From the NCBI GenBank assembly GCA_027062285.1, contig JAMOTL010000111.1:167-64166 (forward strand): 64,000 nt of DNA, written 5' to 3'. Within the stretch, counting starts at the first letter, position 1; each line of letters opens with the position of its first letter. This stretch comes from Nautiliaceae bacterium. Lineage in GTDB: Bacteria > Campylobacterota > Campylobacteria > Campylobacterales > Nautiliaceae. Position numbers and translations under genes: made by a program. Shown piece by piece: positions 14,485-25,460 of the stretch. Under the pieces are notes generated by a model. It was not told where the DNA came from, did not search any database, and was given only the letters and a program-made list of their open reading frames with translations.

Positions 14485-16337
14485 GAGTTAAGCGCCTCTA
14501 CTGCTTTTAACATCATAAGACCAGCTTCGTTTACGCTGTTTCTTCCTAGATATTTTGCTTCTCTTGCTGCGATATACGCTTTATCAAAACTTTCTTTGCT
14601 AAGTCCTGAAGCTTTAATAGCTTTTTTGATGTTTTCAGGTAAGATTCTTACTTTTTGTTCTTTTACATACATGCTACCGGTATTCGCGATAGCTTTTACC
14701 ACTCTGTAAATAGTTGGGTTGATTGGTGCTCCAAATCCTTCAGGAACCCCGCTCATAGCTTCATCCATCATTTTTCCGTATTCTGTTTCTATGATATGAC
14801 CGTCAGGTAATACTTCGATAAATCCTTTTGCTTCAAGTTTGTCAACAGCTTCAAGGATTTTTCTTCTTTCGTCTTCGTCTTTGCCTTCAAGAATGTTTTC
14901 ACAGGCAATTCCGGCATCAGGAATCATTTTGAAAATATCCATTTCATATCTTGTCATGAATGGAAGTTTTGGATGAGTTGCTAATTCTTCATACATTAGA
15001 CCGGATTTGCTAGGTTCGTATGTTCCAAGAATTCTTTCACGTCTTGCTTCTTCTACCCACTCTCTATTTGGAGCGCTGAATATTTTATTTGAGATTGCTA
15101 GAGTTTTTACTGACCAGCTGTGAATTGGTCTTTCGTCATAGTTTTGGTCTTCAATTACTTTCTCACCGTCAGGAGTTACGAAATAAACAGCTTTACCTTT
15201 TTCATCAACACCTTCAGTAATAAGACCGAATGCTTCTAAGCTGTATAGGTATTCTCTTAAGTCGAAGTTTTCATCAAACCATTTTTTCTTATCAGCTAAA
15301 TCAGCGAATTTCTTAGCGATTTCTTGTTTTTTCTTAGGCATTTCATCAAGTCTTCTACCGTATTTTTCAAGAAGCTTTTTGTATTCTCTGATTTTTCTCT
15401 CAAGTAATTCTGCTTTGATTTCATCAAAAGTAGGTGTTTCTTCAGGGTTTTCAGGAACTTTTTCATCCCAGATTTTTTTGATTGTTTTTAGAGTTTCTAC
15501 TTCTTCTTGTTCGATTGCGAATGTTTTTAGAGGTTTTTCGGTTTTATCTTTGTAAATTCTGTAAACTTCAAGAGCTTTTTCACCGGCTTTTGTTAATTGG
15601 TCTACATCAGCTACATATCCAAGCATTTCAAGATTCGCTAAACTGTCAAGGTCGATTTCTTCACCGTCAGCTACTTTTGCGATATCTTCTAAGATAGATA
15701 AATCAAGTACGCTTCCTTCATTTGCCCATCCACCGTAAGTTAGTGTATCTTTTACTGCTTGTCCAAGTTCTGTAAACGTGAAAAATTCGCCTGTAGGGAT
15801 AGAATATGCGATAAGTCTCATAGCTTCAAGTAAATCTTTTTTGTTTCCTTCTACCGGAAGATAGTGTGAATCAGTAGGACCCATAGGAGATTTTCTGATA
15901 TAATCAGCAAGTTCTGCGTCAATAACCAATTCAGGGTTCATGATTTTGTAAGCTTCGTATAAATCAATAGCTTCCTGAGTCAATTCTCCATTTTGGGCAA
16001 ATCCTCTTTTTTCAAGTTCGTCATTTGAGATTTTAGTAGTTTTGTTTTTGTTTTTTACAGCTGCGTCTATCATTGCTATAACTTCACTGCTTACCCATTT
16101 GAAATTATCTTTCCAATCGTCAATGTTTTCGATTTTGTCTTTTACTCTGTTTAAAACATCTGCTACAATTTTACCTGCATATGTAAATTCAGCTACCGCC
16201 GGCATAGGGAATCTTATAACACCGCCTAAATTCAATTCTTCTACAGCTTCGTTGTTTAACGCTTCTGTTTTAATAGTGTGTGTGTCACTGTTTAACAGTT
16301 CCAGGATAATTTTTGCCGCTTCTTTTTTTATAATCAT
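14481..16337 (-). CDS. Large acidic conserved-hypothetical protein (618 aa) with repeated short helix-turn-like segments
   Basis: This is a long clean ORF with a strong RBS (AAGAGGAGG). Segments of the type [24 protein letters not shown] and [12 protein letters not shown] recur. I recognise no family. Confidence 0.8.
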   Translation of the reverse strand: MIIKKEAAKIILELLNSDTHTIKTEALNNEAVEELNLGGVIRFPMPAVAEFTYAGKIVADVLNRVKDKIENIDDWKDNFKWVSSEVIAMIDAAVKNKNKTTKISNDELEKRGFAQNGELTQEAIDLYEAYKIMNPELVIDAELADYIRKSPMGPTDSHYLPVEGNKKDLLEAMRLIAYSIPTGEFFTFTELGQAVKDTLTYGGWANEGSVLDLSILEDIAKVADGEEIDLDSLANLEMLGYVADVDQLTKAGEKALEVYRIYKDKTEKPLKTFAIEQEEVETLKTIKKIWDEKVPENPEETPTFDEIKAELLERKIREYKKLLEKYGRRLDEMPKKKQEIAKKFADLADKKKWFDENFDLREYLYSLEAFGLITEGVDEKGKAVYFVTPDGEKVIEDQNYDERPIHSWSVKTLAISNKIFSAPNREWVEEARRERILGTYEPSKSGLMYEELATHPKLPFMTRYEMDIFKMIPDAGIACENILEGKDEDERRKILEAVDKLEAKGFIEVLPDGHIIETEYGKMMDEAMSGVPEGFGAPINPTIYRVVKAIANTGSMYVKEQKVRILPENIKKAIKASGLSKESFDKAYIAAREAKYLGRNSVNEAGLMMLKAVEALNS

Positions 16338-16365
16338 TTGCGCGCCTCCTCTTTATTTTTTTGTA

Positions 16366-16404
16366 ATTATATCAAATCATTTTTATTTAGTCAATATGAC
16401 TAAA
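16366..16404 (-). promoter_or_regulatory. Candidate promoter of the 618-aa gene: extended -10 TGATATAAT (16366-16374, minus strand) plus an 8-bp-arm inverted repeat TTTAGTCA-N3-TGACTAAA (16386-16404)
   Basis: Read directly from the sequence. The -10 lies about 29 nt upstream of the ATG at 16337, and the inverted repeat overlaps the -35 region. Confidence 0.3.
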
Positions 16405-16486
16405 CTTTTGCTTGGCTAGAGCTGGTCGGGGGATTAAGCTGAAATATTATCCAAAAAAAGAAAAAAAAGGAATGAAGTTTAAGAAA

Positions 16487-17236
16487 TTACTCTTTTTCTT
16501 CTTTTTTGATTTCTTCTTCAGGTTTTTCAGGATTAACCATTTTGGCTATTAAAATAGATACTCCGTATAAAATAAGAAGGGGTGCCGCCATTGCCAGCTG
16601 AGAGAATAAATCAGGAGGAGTTAATACCGCTGCCAATATGAATATAATAACTATCGCATATCTTGAAAACTCTTTTAATGTTTTGTCCGTTACAAGACCG
16701 AGTTTTGCCAAAAAGTATGTAACGACCGGCATTTCAAAAGCTATTCCGAATCCAAGCATTAATTTTCCAAAAAAACTTACGTATTCGCTCATTCTAGGCA
16801 TTGCCGTAAATTCACTGCCTCCGAATGTTATGAGCATTTTAAATCCGACAGGGAATACTACATAATAGGCAAAAGCAGCTCCTACTATAAACATTACGGT
16901 ACCCCAAAATACGAATGGAATAACCAGTTTTTTTTCATGTTCGTATAGTCCCGGAGCTATAAACGCCCATATTTGATATAAGATAAACGGAAGTGCCATA
17001 AAAAGTCCGGCAAACAGTGATATTTTAACTGCCGTAAAAAAAGGTTCGGCCAGTCCGGTAAATATTATTTTGCTGTCTTTTTTAAGTTGTAGCGCTTCTA
17101 AAAGCGGCTCGCTCATCCATTGGAAAATATCTTTCCAGAATACAAATGCCAAAAAGAAAAACAGAAAATAAATTAATACAATCTTTATAAGCCGAGAGCG
17201 CAGCTCGGCTATATGAGGCTTAATTTCTTCAAGCAT
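16487..17236 (-). CDS. tatC: Twin-arginine translocase subunit TatC
   Basis: The 249-aa polytopic protein begins [13 protein letters not shown] and shows a six-TM pattern typical of TatC. It follows tatA directly. Confidence 0.9.
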   Translation of the reverse strand: MLEEIKPHIAELRSRLIKIVLIYFLFFFLAFVFWKDIFQWMSEPLLEALQLKKDSKIIFTGLAEPFFTAVKISLFAGLFMALPFILYQIWAFIAPGLYEHEKKLVIPFVFWGTVMFIVGAAFAYYVVFPVGFKMLITFGGSEFTAMPRMSEYVSFFGKLMLGFGIAFEMPVVTYFLAKLGLVTDKTLKEFSRYAIVIIFILAAVLTPPDLFSQLAMAAPLLILYGVSILIAKMVNPEKPEEEIKKEEKE

Positions 17237-17471
17237 TTTTTTCTTGTTCTTTTGTGGTCTCTGTAGAATTTGTAGAAGTTGTTTGATTTTCTATTTTTTC
17301 AGTTTTTTCCGTAGCTTTTATATCAGCTCCTTCTTCACCTTCTTTTAACGCATCTTTGAAATTTTTGATACCTTTTCCAAGTCCGCTTGCCAGTTCAGGA
17401 ATTTTTTTACCTCCGAAAAGTAGTAATACTACCAATAATATAACGACGATTTGCCATGTACTTACACCCAT
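17229..17471 (-). CDS. tatA: Twin-arginine translocase TatA/E family protein
   Basis: [42 protein letters not shown] matches the family pattern. I prefer the ATG at 17471 (AAGGA RBS) over the track start at 17501. Confidence 0.85.
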   Translation of the reverse strand: MGVSTWQIVVILLVVLLLFGGKKIPELASGLGKGIKNFKDALKEGEEGADIKATEKTEKIENQTTSTNSTETTKEQEKNA

Positions 17472-17548
17472 TGTGAATCCTTTTTTAGAGAATTTTAGCA
17501 TAAATTAAAGAAATGGAAGTATTCTTTGATAAAATTTTATAAAAAAGG

Positions 17549-18181
17549 ATGCTGATGAGCCTGAAACTTGCTGTATTTGATTTTGATTCTACTCTTATGG
17601 ACGGAGAAACGATAGATTTTTTAGCTGAGCCTCTAGGGCTTAAAGATAAGGTGGCTTCGATTACAGAGATGGCAATGAAAGGAGAGATAGATTTTTTTGA
17701 AAGTCTAATTATGAGAGTAAAACTGCTTGAAGGACTTGAAGAAAAAAAAGTGGATGAAATATGTCATAATCTGCCGTTGATGCCGGGAGCAGATGAGACT
17801 GTAAAGGCACTTAAAAAAGACGGAATGAAAGTAATGGTATTTAGCGGCGGATTTAGAAACGCCACGAGTTATTTTAAAGAAATATTAGGATATGACGCCG
17901 ATTTTAGTAATATTCTTCACAGTAAAAACGGAATTCTTACAGGTTTGGTAGGCGGTGAGATGATGTTTAGTCATTCAAAAGGCGATATGCTAAAAAGAAT
18001 TCAAAATGTTTTGGGTGTTACACCTGAAGAGACTATGGTAATAGGTGACGGGGCGAATGATTTGAGTATGTTTAAATATGCCGGAACAAGGGTTGCTTTT
18101 TGTGCGAAAGAAATTCTTAAAAAGAATGCCAACATTATTATAGAAGAAAAAGATTTGACGAAAATTTTAGAATTTATATAA
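17549..18181 (+). CDS. serB: Phosphoserine phosphatase (HAD-IB)
   Basis: It carries the FDFDSTL (DxDST) and GDGANDLSMF motifs. Confidence 0.85.
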   Translation: MLMSLKLAVFDFDSTLMDGETIDFLAEPLGLKDKVASITEMAMKGEIDFFESLIMRVKLLEGLEEKKVDEICHNLPLMPGADETVKALKKDGMKVMVFSGGFRNATSYFKEILGYDADFSNILHSKNGILTGLVGGEMMFSHSKGDMLKRIQNVLGVTPEETMVIGDGANDLSMFKYAGTRVAFCAKEILKKNANIIIEEKDLTKILEFI

Positions 18182-18191
18182 AGGAGAGAAA

Positions 18192-19145
18192 ATGAATACA
18201 AGTATTTGGGTTGATTATTTAGACAGAGAATTTTTAGATACTAAATTTAAAGAATGGGTAAATAGCGGATTGGTTAACGGTCTTACAAGTAATCCTGCAA
18301 TTTTTGCAAACGCATTGAAAAAAAATGTTTATAAAGAAGATTTTGAAAAATTGAGGGGAAAATCCCCGAAAGAAATTTACGAGGAAATAGCGGTAAAAGA
18401 CATTCAAAAGGCGTGTGATATTTTAGCTCCTTTATATGATGAGGGAGAGGATGGGTACGCGAGTATAGAAGTGGACCCGAGGCTTATTAATGATGCAAAA
18501 GGAACAATCGAAGAAGCTTTAAGACTTTATGATAAAATTGAAAGAGATAACGTTATGATAAAAATCCCTGCAAACGAAGCCGGGTATAAAGCTATGGAAG
18601 AGCTTGCCAAAAGAGGTATAAACATTAACGCAACTTTAGTTTTTTCACCTAATCAGGCGATGAGAGCACTAGAAGCTATCAGTAAGGGACCTAGAACGAT
18701 TGACGGAGTTATTTCGGTATTCGTTAGTAGATTTGATAGAAAATTAAATCCTGTCTTAGCTCAGCAAAACTTGGCAAAAGACAGAGTCGGGTTTTTTAAT
18801 GCGATTAAAATCTATAATCAAATAGAAGAAGCGGGATTTCCTAATATCAGAACGCTTTTTGCTTCCACAGGTGTAAAACAGGAATATCTGCCAAAAGATT
18901 ATTATGTTCAAAATCTATATTTGCCTCACAGTGTATTAACTCTTCCTCTTGATGTTATCGAAGAGATAAAAAATAAAGAATTAGAAGACAGTTTTCATTT
19001 TCAAACGAAACATATTGATGCGTTTTTCAGTTTTTTGGCACCTGCCGGGATAAGTATGCAAAAAGTATATCAGGAACTGTTTGATGAGGGTGTGGAAGCT
19101 TTTGAAAAAGCGTTTGAGGATATGCTAAATTCGATTAAGGCGTAA
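18192..19145 (+). CDS. tal: Transaldolase
   Basis: It has LTSNPAIF and MIKIPAN (Schiff-base Lys region). Length is 317 aa. Confidence 0.9.
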   Translation: MNTSIWVDYLDREFLDTKFKEWVNSGLVNGLTSNPAIFANALKKNVYKEDFEKLRGKSPKEIYEEIAVKDIQKACDILAPLYDEGEDGYASIEVDPRLINDAKGTIEEALRLYDKIERDNVMIKIPANEAGYKAMEELAKRGININATLVFSPNQAMRALEAISKGPRTIDGVISVFVSRFDRKLNPVLAQQNLAKDRVGFFNAIKIYNQIEEAGFPNIRTLFASTGVKQEYLPKDYYVQNLYLPHSVLTLPLDVIEEIKNKELEDSFHFQTKHIDAFFSFLAPAGISMQKVYQELFDEGVEAFEKAFEDMLNSIKA

Positions 19146-19147
19146 AA

Positions 19148-20263
19148 ATGACAAGAGAAGAATTAAATAAATATCTTTATACATTGATTAAGCATGAAGG
19201 AAGTGACCTTCATATAAAATCGGGGCATGGAATAAGAGCGAGAATTCACGGTACTCTTCATAAAGTTGAATCTCCTCAACTTACCCGTGAAAGTGTGGTT
19301 AATTTATTAAAAGAACTGCTTAGAAGCAGGTTTGAAGATATGGTTAAAAATAAAGAGATAGATTTTTCTTATAAACTTGATGAAAATTACCGTTTCAGGG
19401 CCAACGCTTTTTTCCAGGTAGACGGTCCATCTATCGTATTTAGGGTAATTCCTTTAAAAATTCCTACTTTGGATGAGCTTAATTTTCCGGAGTCCGTTAA
19501 AAAATTTACTGAAATAGAAAGAGGACTTGTGCTTGTGACCGGGGTTACGGGAAGCGGGAAATCTACTACGCTTGCGGCTATTATCAATGAAATAAATGAA
19601 AAAAAAGCCAAACATATCATTACGATTGAAGACCCCGTCGAATTTATCCACAAAGATAAAAAATCGTTAATAAACCAAAGAAGCCTTGGAGAAGATACTA
19701 AAAGTTTTACAAGCGCTTTAAGAGCCGCTCTTCGTGAAGACCCGGATATTATTTTGGTAGGTGAGATGAGAGACAGGGAAACGATAGAAATAGCCCTTCA
19801 TGCCGCAGAAACAGGGCATCTTGTATTTTCCACCCTGCATACTTTGGATGCTAAAGAAACGATAAACAGAATTATAGGTGTTTTTCCACCGGAAGAACAG
19901 CCGAGAATACGTCTTGTTTTATCTTCGGTTTTAAAAGGAATAATATCTCAAAGGCTGGTGCCGACTCTTGATGGGAAAAGAACGGCGGCTATGGAAATAA
20001 TGGTTTCTACTCCTAGAATCAGTGATATGATTTTACAAAACAGAGACCAGGAAATAAAAGATGCGCTTGAAGAAGGAAAACTAATTTACGGGACTCAAAG
20101 TTTCGACCAGCATCTTGTGGATTTGGTAATTGAAGGTAAAATCTCTGAAAAGACGGCGCTTGAATATGCCACAAGCAAAGATGATTTAAGACTAAAACTC
20201 AAATATCAAAAAGCAAAAAGCGGAGAGAGTTCGAAAACTTCCGCAATTCCGCTTAAAAATTGA
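19148..20263 (+). CDS. pilT: PilT-type type IV pilus retraction ATPase
   Basis: Walker A is GVTGSGKSTT. ILVGEMRD and TGHLVFSTLHT are PilT signature segments. Confidence 0.9.
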   Translation: MTREELNKYLYTLIKHEGSDLHIKSGHGIRARIHGTLHKVESPQLTRESVVNLLKELLRSRFEDMVKNKEIDFSYKLDENYRFRANAFFQVDGPSIVFRVIPLKIPTLDELNFPESVKKFTEIERGLVLVTGVTGSGKSTTLAAIINEINEKKAKHIITIEDPVEFIHKDKKSLINQRSLGEDTKSFTSALRAALREDPDIILVGEMRDRETIEIALHAAETGHLVFSTLHTLDAKETINRIIGVFPPEEQPRIRLVLSSVLKGIISQRLVPTLDGKRTAAMEIMVSTPRISDMILQNRDQEIKDALEEGKLIYGTQSFDQHLVDLVIEGKISEKTALEYATSKDDLRLKLKYQKAKSGESSKTSAIPLKN

Positions 20264-20278
20264 TTTATTTGGTTTTTA

Positions 20279-20287
20279 TGATATAAT
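20279..20287 (+). promoter_or_regulatory. Candidate extended -10 promoter element TGATATAAT upstream of rplY
   Basis: This is an exact TGnTATAAT match 31 nt upstream of the rplY ATG, in a 54-bp intergenic gap. Confidence 0.3.
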
Positions 20288-20317
20288 TTCGGTTCGAAAA
20301 AAATTTAAGGAGACAAT

Positions 20318-20854
20318 ATGTTAGAAGGTATAATCAGAGAGAGTACTTCTAAGTCTGCGACTAAAAAACTTAGAAGAGATGGTTATCTGATTGCCAACAT
20401 TTATGGAAAAGGTCAAGAAAACATAAATGCGGCATTCAAAAAAGGTGACTTTATTAAATATATGAGAAACAAAGAGCATTTAATTTTCCCGGTAAAAGTT
20501 GGTGACAAAGAATTTAACGTTGTAGTTCAAGAATATCAAAAAGACCCTGTAACAGGTGACTTATTACATGTGGACTTATTAATGGCTCAGCCTGGTGTAA
20601 AACAATACTTTTATGTTCCTATCAAAATCAAAGGTACACCTATCGGACTTAAAAACAAAGGTGTTTTAGTATATCACAGAAGAAGAATTAAAGTTAAATC
20701 TACTCCTGAAAATCTACCTGATTACTTTGAAATTGATGTAAGTGATCTTGATGTTGGAGATAACGTACTTATCAGAGACATTCAAATGCCAGAAGGCGTT
20801 GAGTGTTATCTAAACCCTTCAATTCCTGTAGTCGGTGTAATTAAAGCGAAATAA
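20318..20854 (+). CDS. rplY: 50S ribosomal protein L25/Ctc
   Basis: The N-terminus contains [16 protein letters not shown]. Length is 178 aa, and the gene sits upstream of pth in conserved order. Confidence 0.9.
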   Translation: MLEGIIRESTSKSATKKLRRDGYLIANIYGKGQENINAAFKKGDFIKYMRNKEHLIFPVKVGDKEFNVVVQEYQKDPVTGDLLHVDLLMAQPGVKQYFYVPIKIKGTPIGLKNKGVLVYHRRRIKVKSTPENLPDYFEIDVSDLDVGDNVLIRDIQMPEGVECYLNPSIPVVGVIKAK

Positions 20855-20899
20855 TCCCAAAAAGCTTCTCGCTTTTTGGCGAGATTTTAAAGAGGCGAG

Positions 20900-21439
20900 A
20901 TGAAACTAATTGTCGGACTTGGCAATCCCGGTCAAAAATATGAAAAGAACAGACATAACGTAGGATTTTTAGCAATTGATTATTTAATAGATAAATTTAA
21001 CGCTTCAAAAGTGTCTTCCAAATTCAAAGGTGATCTTTATAAAGCCGGAGAATATCTTTTTTTGAAACCTACAACCTATATGAATCTCTCAGGTGAAGCC
21101 GTAAGAGTGGTAAAAGACTTTTATAAAATTCCAAATGAAGAAATTATTGTCATTCATGACGATATAGATTTGAAACTAGGAGCTCTTAAATTCAAAAGAG
21201 GCGGTGGAAGCGGAGGTCATAACGGTCTTAAGTCTATAGATTCGCATATAGGGAACGATTATTGGCGGATAAGAGTGGGTGTCGGAAGACCGGAGAGAAA
21301 AGAAGAAGTGGTGAATTATGTATTAAGTGATTTCAAAGATAATGAGATGGAATGTATAAAAGGACTTTTCCCGATAATTGCTAAAGCTGTCGGAAATATA
21401 CAAGAGGCTCCGAGCCGTTATTCTAAAAAAGGCTGTTAG
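20900..21439 (+). CDS. pth: Peptidyl-tRNA hydrolase
   Basis: MKLIVGLGNPGQKYEKNRHNVGF and HNGLKS are canonical Pth motifs. Confidence 0.95.
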   Translation: MKLIVGLGNPGQKYEKNRHNVGFLAIDYLIDKFNASKVSSKFKGDLYKAGEYLFLKPTTYMNLSGEAVRVVKDFYKIPNEEIIVIHDDIDLKLGALKFKRGGGSGGHNGLKSIDSHIGNDYWRIRVGVGRPERKEEVVNYVLSDFKDNEMECIKGLFPIIAKAVGNIQEAPSRYSKKGC

Positions 21440-22461
21440 TGTATTTTTGGTACATACTTAAAAAATATCTAAAAAATTTTTTAACAGTACTTTTCGGACT
21501 TGCCTTTTTATTCGTAATTGTCGATTTTTCATTTAATTTTCAAAAATTACCGAATTCTTCAAACCTTCAGGTTTTATATGCTTTTTATATTTTTATTTAT
21601 TCTATTTTCGTTATATATCCGTTGGCCGTTATTTTTTCTTTTTTGATAACCTTAAACGGTATGATAAAATTTAACGAACTGGTAAGTTTTTATTCTTTGG
21701 GTTTTTCTCCCGGAAAATTAATCAAGCCTATAATTTTAAGTGCTTTTTTTATATTTGTTTTAATGAGTGTCGCTCAGACTACGAAACTTTCATATGCTAA
21801 TCAATATGCCCAAGCTATAAAAAATAATATGAATCTAAAAAATAAGAATCTTTTTTTAAAGTTTGAAGATAATATCGTTTATATTAAAGAACTCGAACCT
21901 ATTTTGAAAAGAGCCAAAAATATTACTGTATTTAAAATAAAAAACGGTTCATTATATAAAATTATCCATGCTGATGAAGCTGTATTTAAAGATAAAAAAT
22001 GGATAGCTCAAAAAGCTGAGATATTTACTATTACCTCTGAGAAATGGATGAAAAAAACACAAAATATCGAATTTTTAGTAAATTTTAAACCCAAAATTCT
22101 TTCAAATCTTAAAACTCTTGACAATATTTCATTTTATGATGCCTATTTGGCGGTTAAGTATTTTAAAGAGCTGGATTTGAATAAAATTATGTCCATCGTA
22201 TTTTTTAAAATATTTACGCCTCTTTGTATGATTTTGCTTATTTGGCTTATTTTTGTAACGGCTCCTATTCACGTGAGAATTGCCAACGTCGCTTTTTTTA
22301 TGGTAAAATCCGTAACTTTTTCTATTTTAATATGGGCAAGCGAACTGCTTTTGTATAAATTTACCAAACAAGGTGTGCTTCCTTATTGGGTACTGGCTAT
22401 ACCTTTTTTTGTAATGTTAATAATCGATATATATATATTAAGGAGACGTAATGAATTTTAA
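21439..22461 (+). CDS. LptF/LptG (YjgP/YjgQ) family permease, GTG start
   Basis: The 340-aa protein has multiple TM helices flanking a soluble beta-rich middle domain, an architecture typical of LptF/G. Confidence 0.7.
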   Translation: MYFWYILKKYLKNFLTVLFGLAFLFVIVDFSFNFQKLPNSSNLQVLYAFYIFIYSIFVIYPLAVIFSFLITLNGMIKFNELVSFYSLGFSPGKLIKPIILSAFFIFVLMSVAQTTKLSYANQYAQAIKNNMNLKNKNLFLKFEDNIVYIKELEPILKRAKNITVFKIKNGSLYKIIHADEAVFKDKKWIAQKAEIFTITSEKWMKKTQNIEFLVNFKPKILSNLKTLDNISFYDAYLAVKYFKELDLNKIMSIVFFKIFTPLCMILLIWLIFVTAPIHVRIANVAFFMVKSVTFSILIWASELLLYKFTKQGVLPYWVLAIPFFVMLIIDIYILRRRNEF

Positions 22462-23659
22462 AGAATTGGCGAAAAAATATAATACACCTCTTTATGTTTA
22501 TGATTTTAATCATTTTGAAAATCAGTATAAAAAATTGAAAAATGCTTTTAAAGCAAGAAAAAGCATTATATCATATGCCATAAAAGCAAATTCGAATCTA
22601 TCGGTTATAAGAAAATTCGCATCTCTTGGAAGCGGAGCGGACTGTGTCAGTATCGGTGAAGTGAAAAGAGCTCTCTTAGCGGGAGTAGATAAATATAAAA
22701 TTATTTTCAGCGGTGTAGGTAAAAGAGACGATGAAATAAAAGAAGCTCTTGAAAAAGATATTCTGATGATAAACGTCGAGAGTGATGCTGAGCTTAAAAG
22801 AGTGGATGCTATAGCGAAAGAGCTTGGAAAAGTTGCCAGAATTTCTATAAGGGTAAATCCTAATATCGACCCGAAAACCCATCCTTATATTTCTACAGGA
22901 CTTCACGAGAACAAATTCGGAGTGGATATCGAAACGGCAAAGGGTATGTATATTTTTGCTAAAAAATCACCGAATCTAAATCCGGTGGGAATACATTTTC
23001 ATATTGGGAGTCAATTAACGGAGCTTGAGCCTATCCGTGAAGCGTCACAAATTGTTGCGGATTTAGTCAGAAGTTTAAAAGCAATCAATATCGATATTAA
23101 GTTTTTTGATGTAGGAGGAGGGCTCGGAATTAAATATAAAGATGAAGTGACTATAGAGCCTTATGATTACGCTCAGGCGATTTTGAGTACTCTTAGCGGA
23201 CTTGATGTAACTATTGTATGTGAACCGGGAAGATTTTTAGTAGGAAACGGAGGATGGTTTTTGACAAGAGTACTTTACGAAAAAGTAAACGGAGATAAAA
23301 GATTCGTAATCGTGGACGGTGCTATGAACGATTTAATCAGACCAAGCCTTTATAACGCTTATCATAAAATAGAAATATTAAGTACAAAAGAGAATCCTAA
23401 AATATCAAAAGCCAACATTGTAGGACCGATATGTGAAAGCGGAGACTTTTTTGCCAAGGATATTGAAGTTCCGGAAACTAATCCAGGGGATTTGGTAATT
23501 ATTCACAGTGCGGGTGCTTACGGATTTACTATGTCGAGTAATTACAATACCCGTCCTCGCCCGGCTGAAGTAGCTGTAGAAGATGGAAAAGACAGACTTA
23601 TCAGAAGAAGAGAAACGTTTGAGGATTTGATAGCTCAGGAGATAGATTATTTGATATAA
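22451..23659 (+). CDS. lysA: Diaminopimelate decarboxylase
   Basis: It has YAIKANSN (PLP Lys), GGGLGI, CESGD and SAGAYG motifs. Confidence 0.95.
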   Translation: MNFKELAKKYNTPLYVYDFNHFENQYKKLKNAFKARKSIISYAIKANSNLSVIRKFASLGSGADCVSIGEVKRALLAGVDKYKIIFSGVGKRDDEIKEALEKDILMINVESDAELKRVDAIAKELGKVARISIRVNPNIDPKTHPYISTGLHENKFGVDIETAKGMYIFAKKSPNLNPVGIHFHIGSQLTELEPIREASQIVADLVRSLKAINIDIKFFDVGGGLGIKYKDEVTIEPYDYAQAILSTLSGLDVTIVCEPGRFLVGNGGWFLTRVLYEKVNGDKRFVIVDGAMNDLIRPSLYNAYHKIEILSTKENPKISKANIVGPICESGDFFAKDIEVPETNPGDLVIIHSAGAYGFTMSSNYNTRPRPAEVAVEDGKDRLIRRRETFEDLIAQEIDYLI

Positions 23660-23667
23660 GGATAAAA

Positions 23668-24420
23668 ATGAGGGGGTATTTTATTGATGTTCAGGGAACT
23701 TTGATAGACGATAAAGAATTCAAACCCCTTCCCGGGGCTTTGGAATTCGTTCACTTTCTTAATAAAAAAAAAGTTCCTTTTATTCTTTTGACGAATAACA
23801 CCAAAAAACCTTCGGAAGAGTTTAAAAATTATTTAAAAAAACTCGGATTTGAATTTGAAAATTACCTTGACCCTCTTATGGTACTCGATGAAGTGATACA
23901 AACTCCCGTAGCGGCATACGGAAATGATAAATTTGTAGAAATTATAAAAAATAAATATAAAACGGATTATGAAAATCCAACAAACATAGTGCTCGGAATA
24001 AAACTTTATTCCAATGACGAATTAGCGGATATTATAGAAAAAATTTTAAACGGTTCTAAATTGATAGGAATGCATAAGACGTCTTTGTATCACAAAAACA
24101 ACAAACGTTATCCGGGACTTGGTGCTGTTCTTGAGATGTTGAAATATGCTACGCATAAAGATTATGAAGTGGTGGGAAAACCGAGTATAAAGTTTTTTCA
24201 GCGTGCGAGTGATATACTCGGAGTTAATTTTGATAAAATAACCATTATCAGTGACGATTTATATGGAGATTTGGTTCCTGCTATGGAGCTTGGAATGGAA
24301 AGCGTTTTGGTTTTGAGCGGCAAGATAAAAAGTGAAAAAGAGATAACCAAAAAACCTCATAAAATATTCAAAAATATAGGAGAGTACCTTGGATTTATTA
24401 AAACTAAGACAAGAAATTGA
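23668..24420 (+). CDS. HAD-IIA family hydrolase
   Basis: It has FIDVQGTL (motif I), LLTNNT and a GKP motif. Length is 250 aa. Confidence 0.7.
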   Translation: MRGYFIDVQGTLIDDKEFKPLPGALEFVHFLNKKKVPFILLTNNTKKPSEEFKNYLKKLGFEFENYLDPLMVLDEVIQTPVAAYGNDKFVEIIKNKYKTDYENPTNIVLGIKLYSNDELADIIEKILNGSKLIGMHKTSLYHKNNKRYPGLGAVLEMLKYATHKDYEVVGKPSIKFFQRASDILGVNFDKITIISDDLYGDLVPAMELGMESVLVLSGKIKSEKEITKKPHKIFKNIGEYLGFIKTKTRN

Positions 24421-25450
24421 TAATATAGACAATGAAATAATCAGACTTTTAAATAAAAGAATGGAGATTGTAAAAAAAGTTGGTGAACTTAAAAACACTA
24501 TAAACGCTCCTATTTACAGACCTGAGAGAGAAAAAGAGATAATAGAAAGACTTAGTGAAATTTCAAAAAAAGAGGGCGGAATTTTAACAAAAGAAGAGAT
24601 TGAAGCAATTTTTTTAGAAATATTCGCAATCAGCAGGGCACTTGAGAGAAAAGAGAGAATAGCCTTTTTAGGACCTGTGGGAACGTATACTCATCAAGCC
24701 GCTGAGAGCAGATTCGGGGCTAATGCCAAATATCTGCCTGTAATGAATATTGAAGGGGTTTTTAAAGCTGTTCATTCAAAAGAAGCAAAATACGGAGTAG
24801 TGCCTATTGAAAACAACACTGAAGGGGTGGTGGGGATTACGCTTGATAGCTTAAAAAAATACGATGTTAAAATAGTGGCCGAAATCTGTATGGAAATTCA
24901 CCACTCTTTTGCTTCGATGTGTGAGGATGTAAGCAAAATAAAAAGAATATATTCACATCCTCAAGGATATAATCAGTGTCTTGGTTTTTTAGAGACTTAC
25001 GGTCTTTTGGAAGCTGAATTCATACCTACGAAATCTACGGCGGAAGCTGCTAAAATAGCTTCAAAAGATCCCGAAGGTGGTGCAATTTGTTCAAAAATAG
25101 CAGCAAAACTTTATAACGTACCGCTTTTGTTTGAAAAAATAGAAGACAATAAGGCAAACAGAACAAGATTTATTATAATAAGCGATTTTAAAACAAATCC
25201 TTCAGGCAATGATAAAACAAGCGTAATTGCTAAAACATCTCATAAATCAGGAGCTTTGTTCGAGTTACTTAAAAAATTTAAAGAAAAAGAGATAAATCTT
25301 TTAAAAATTGAATCTCGACCTATGAAAGACGATACTTTTAATACGCTTTTTTATATAGATTTTGAAGGTCATATAAACGAGCCGAAAGTAAAAGAGATAA
25401 TAGAAAATGAAAATATGATTTGGCTTGGAAGCTATCTCAGAGACTGTTGA
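24389..25450 (+). CDS. pheA: Bifunctional chorismate mutase / prephenate dehydratase, TTG start
   Basis: The N-terminal CM helix is LRQEIDNIDNEIIRLLNKRMEI. The PDT region has IAFLGPVGTYTHQAA. The ACT region has TRF and ESRP. Confidence 0.9.
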   Translation: MDLLKLRQEIDNIDNEIIRLLNKRMEIVKKVGELKNTINAPIYRPEREKEIIERLSEISKKEGGILTKEEIEAIFLEIFAISRALERKERIAFLGPVGTYTHQAAESRFGANAKYLPVMNIEGVFKAVHSKEAKYGVVPIENNTEGVVGITLDSLKKYDVKIVAEICMEIHHSFASMCEDVSKIKRIYSHPQGYNQCLGFLETYGLLEAEFIPTKSTAEAAKIASKDPEGGAICSKIAAKLYNVPLLFEKIEDNKANRTRFIIISDFKTNPSGNDKTSVIAKTSHKSGALFELLKKFKEKEINLLKIESRPMKDDTFNTLFYIDFEGHINEPKVKEIIENENMIWLGSYLRDC

Positions 25451-25460
25451 AAGGATAGAG

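Noticed and set aside
20857-20879. Perfect 9-bp-stem hairpin CCAAAAAGC-TTCTC-GCTTTTTGG between rplY and pth, considered as a terminator.
   Set aside because: No U-tract follows it (the next bases are CGAGATTTTA). rplY-pth is normally co-transcribed. It may be an RNA-stability or attenuating hairpin, but I do not call it a terminator.
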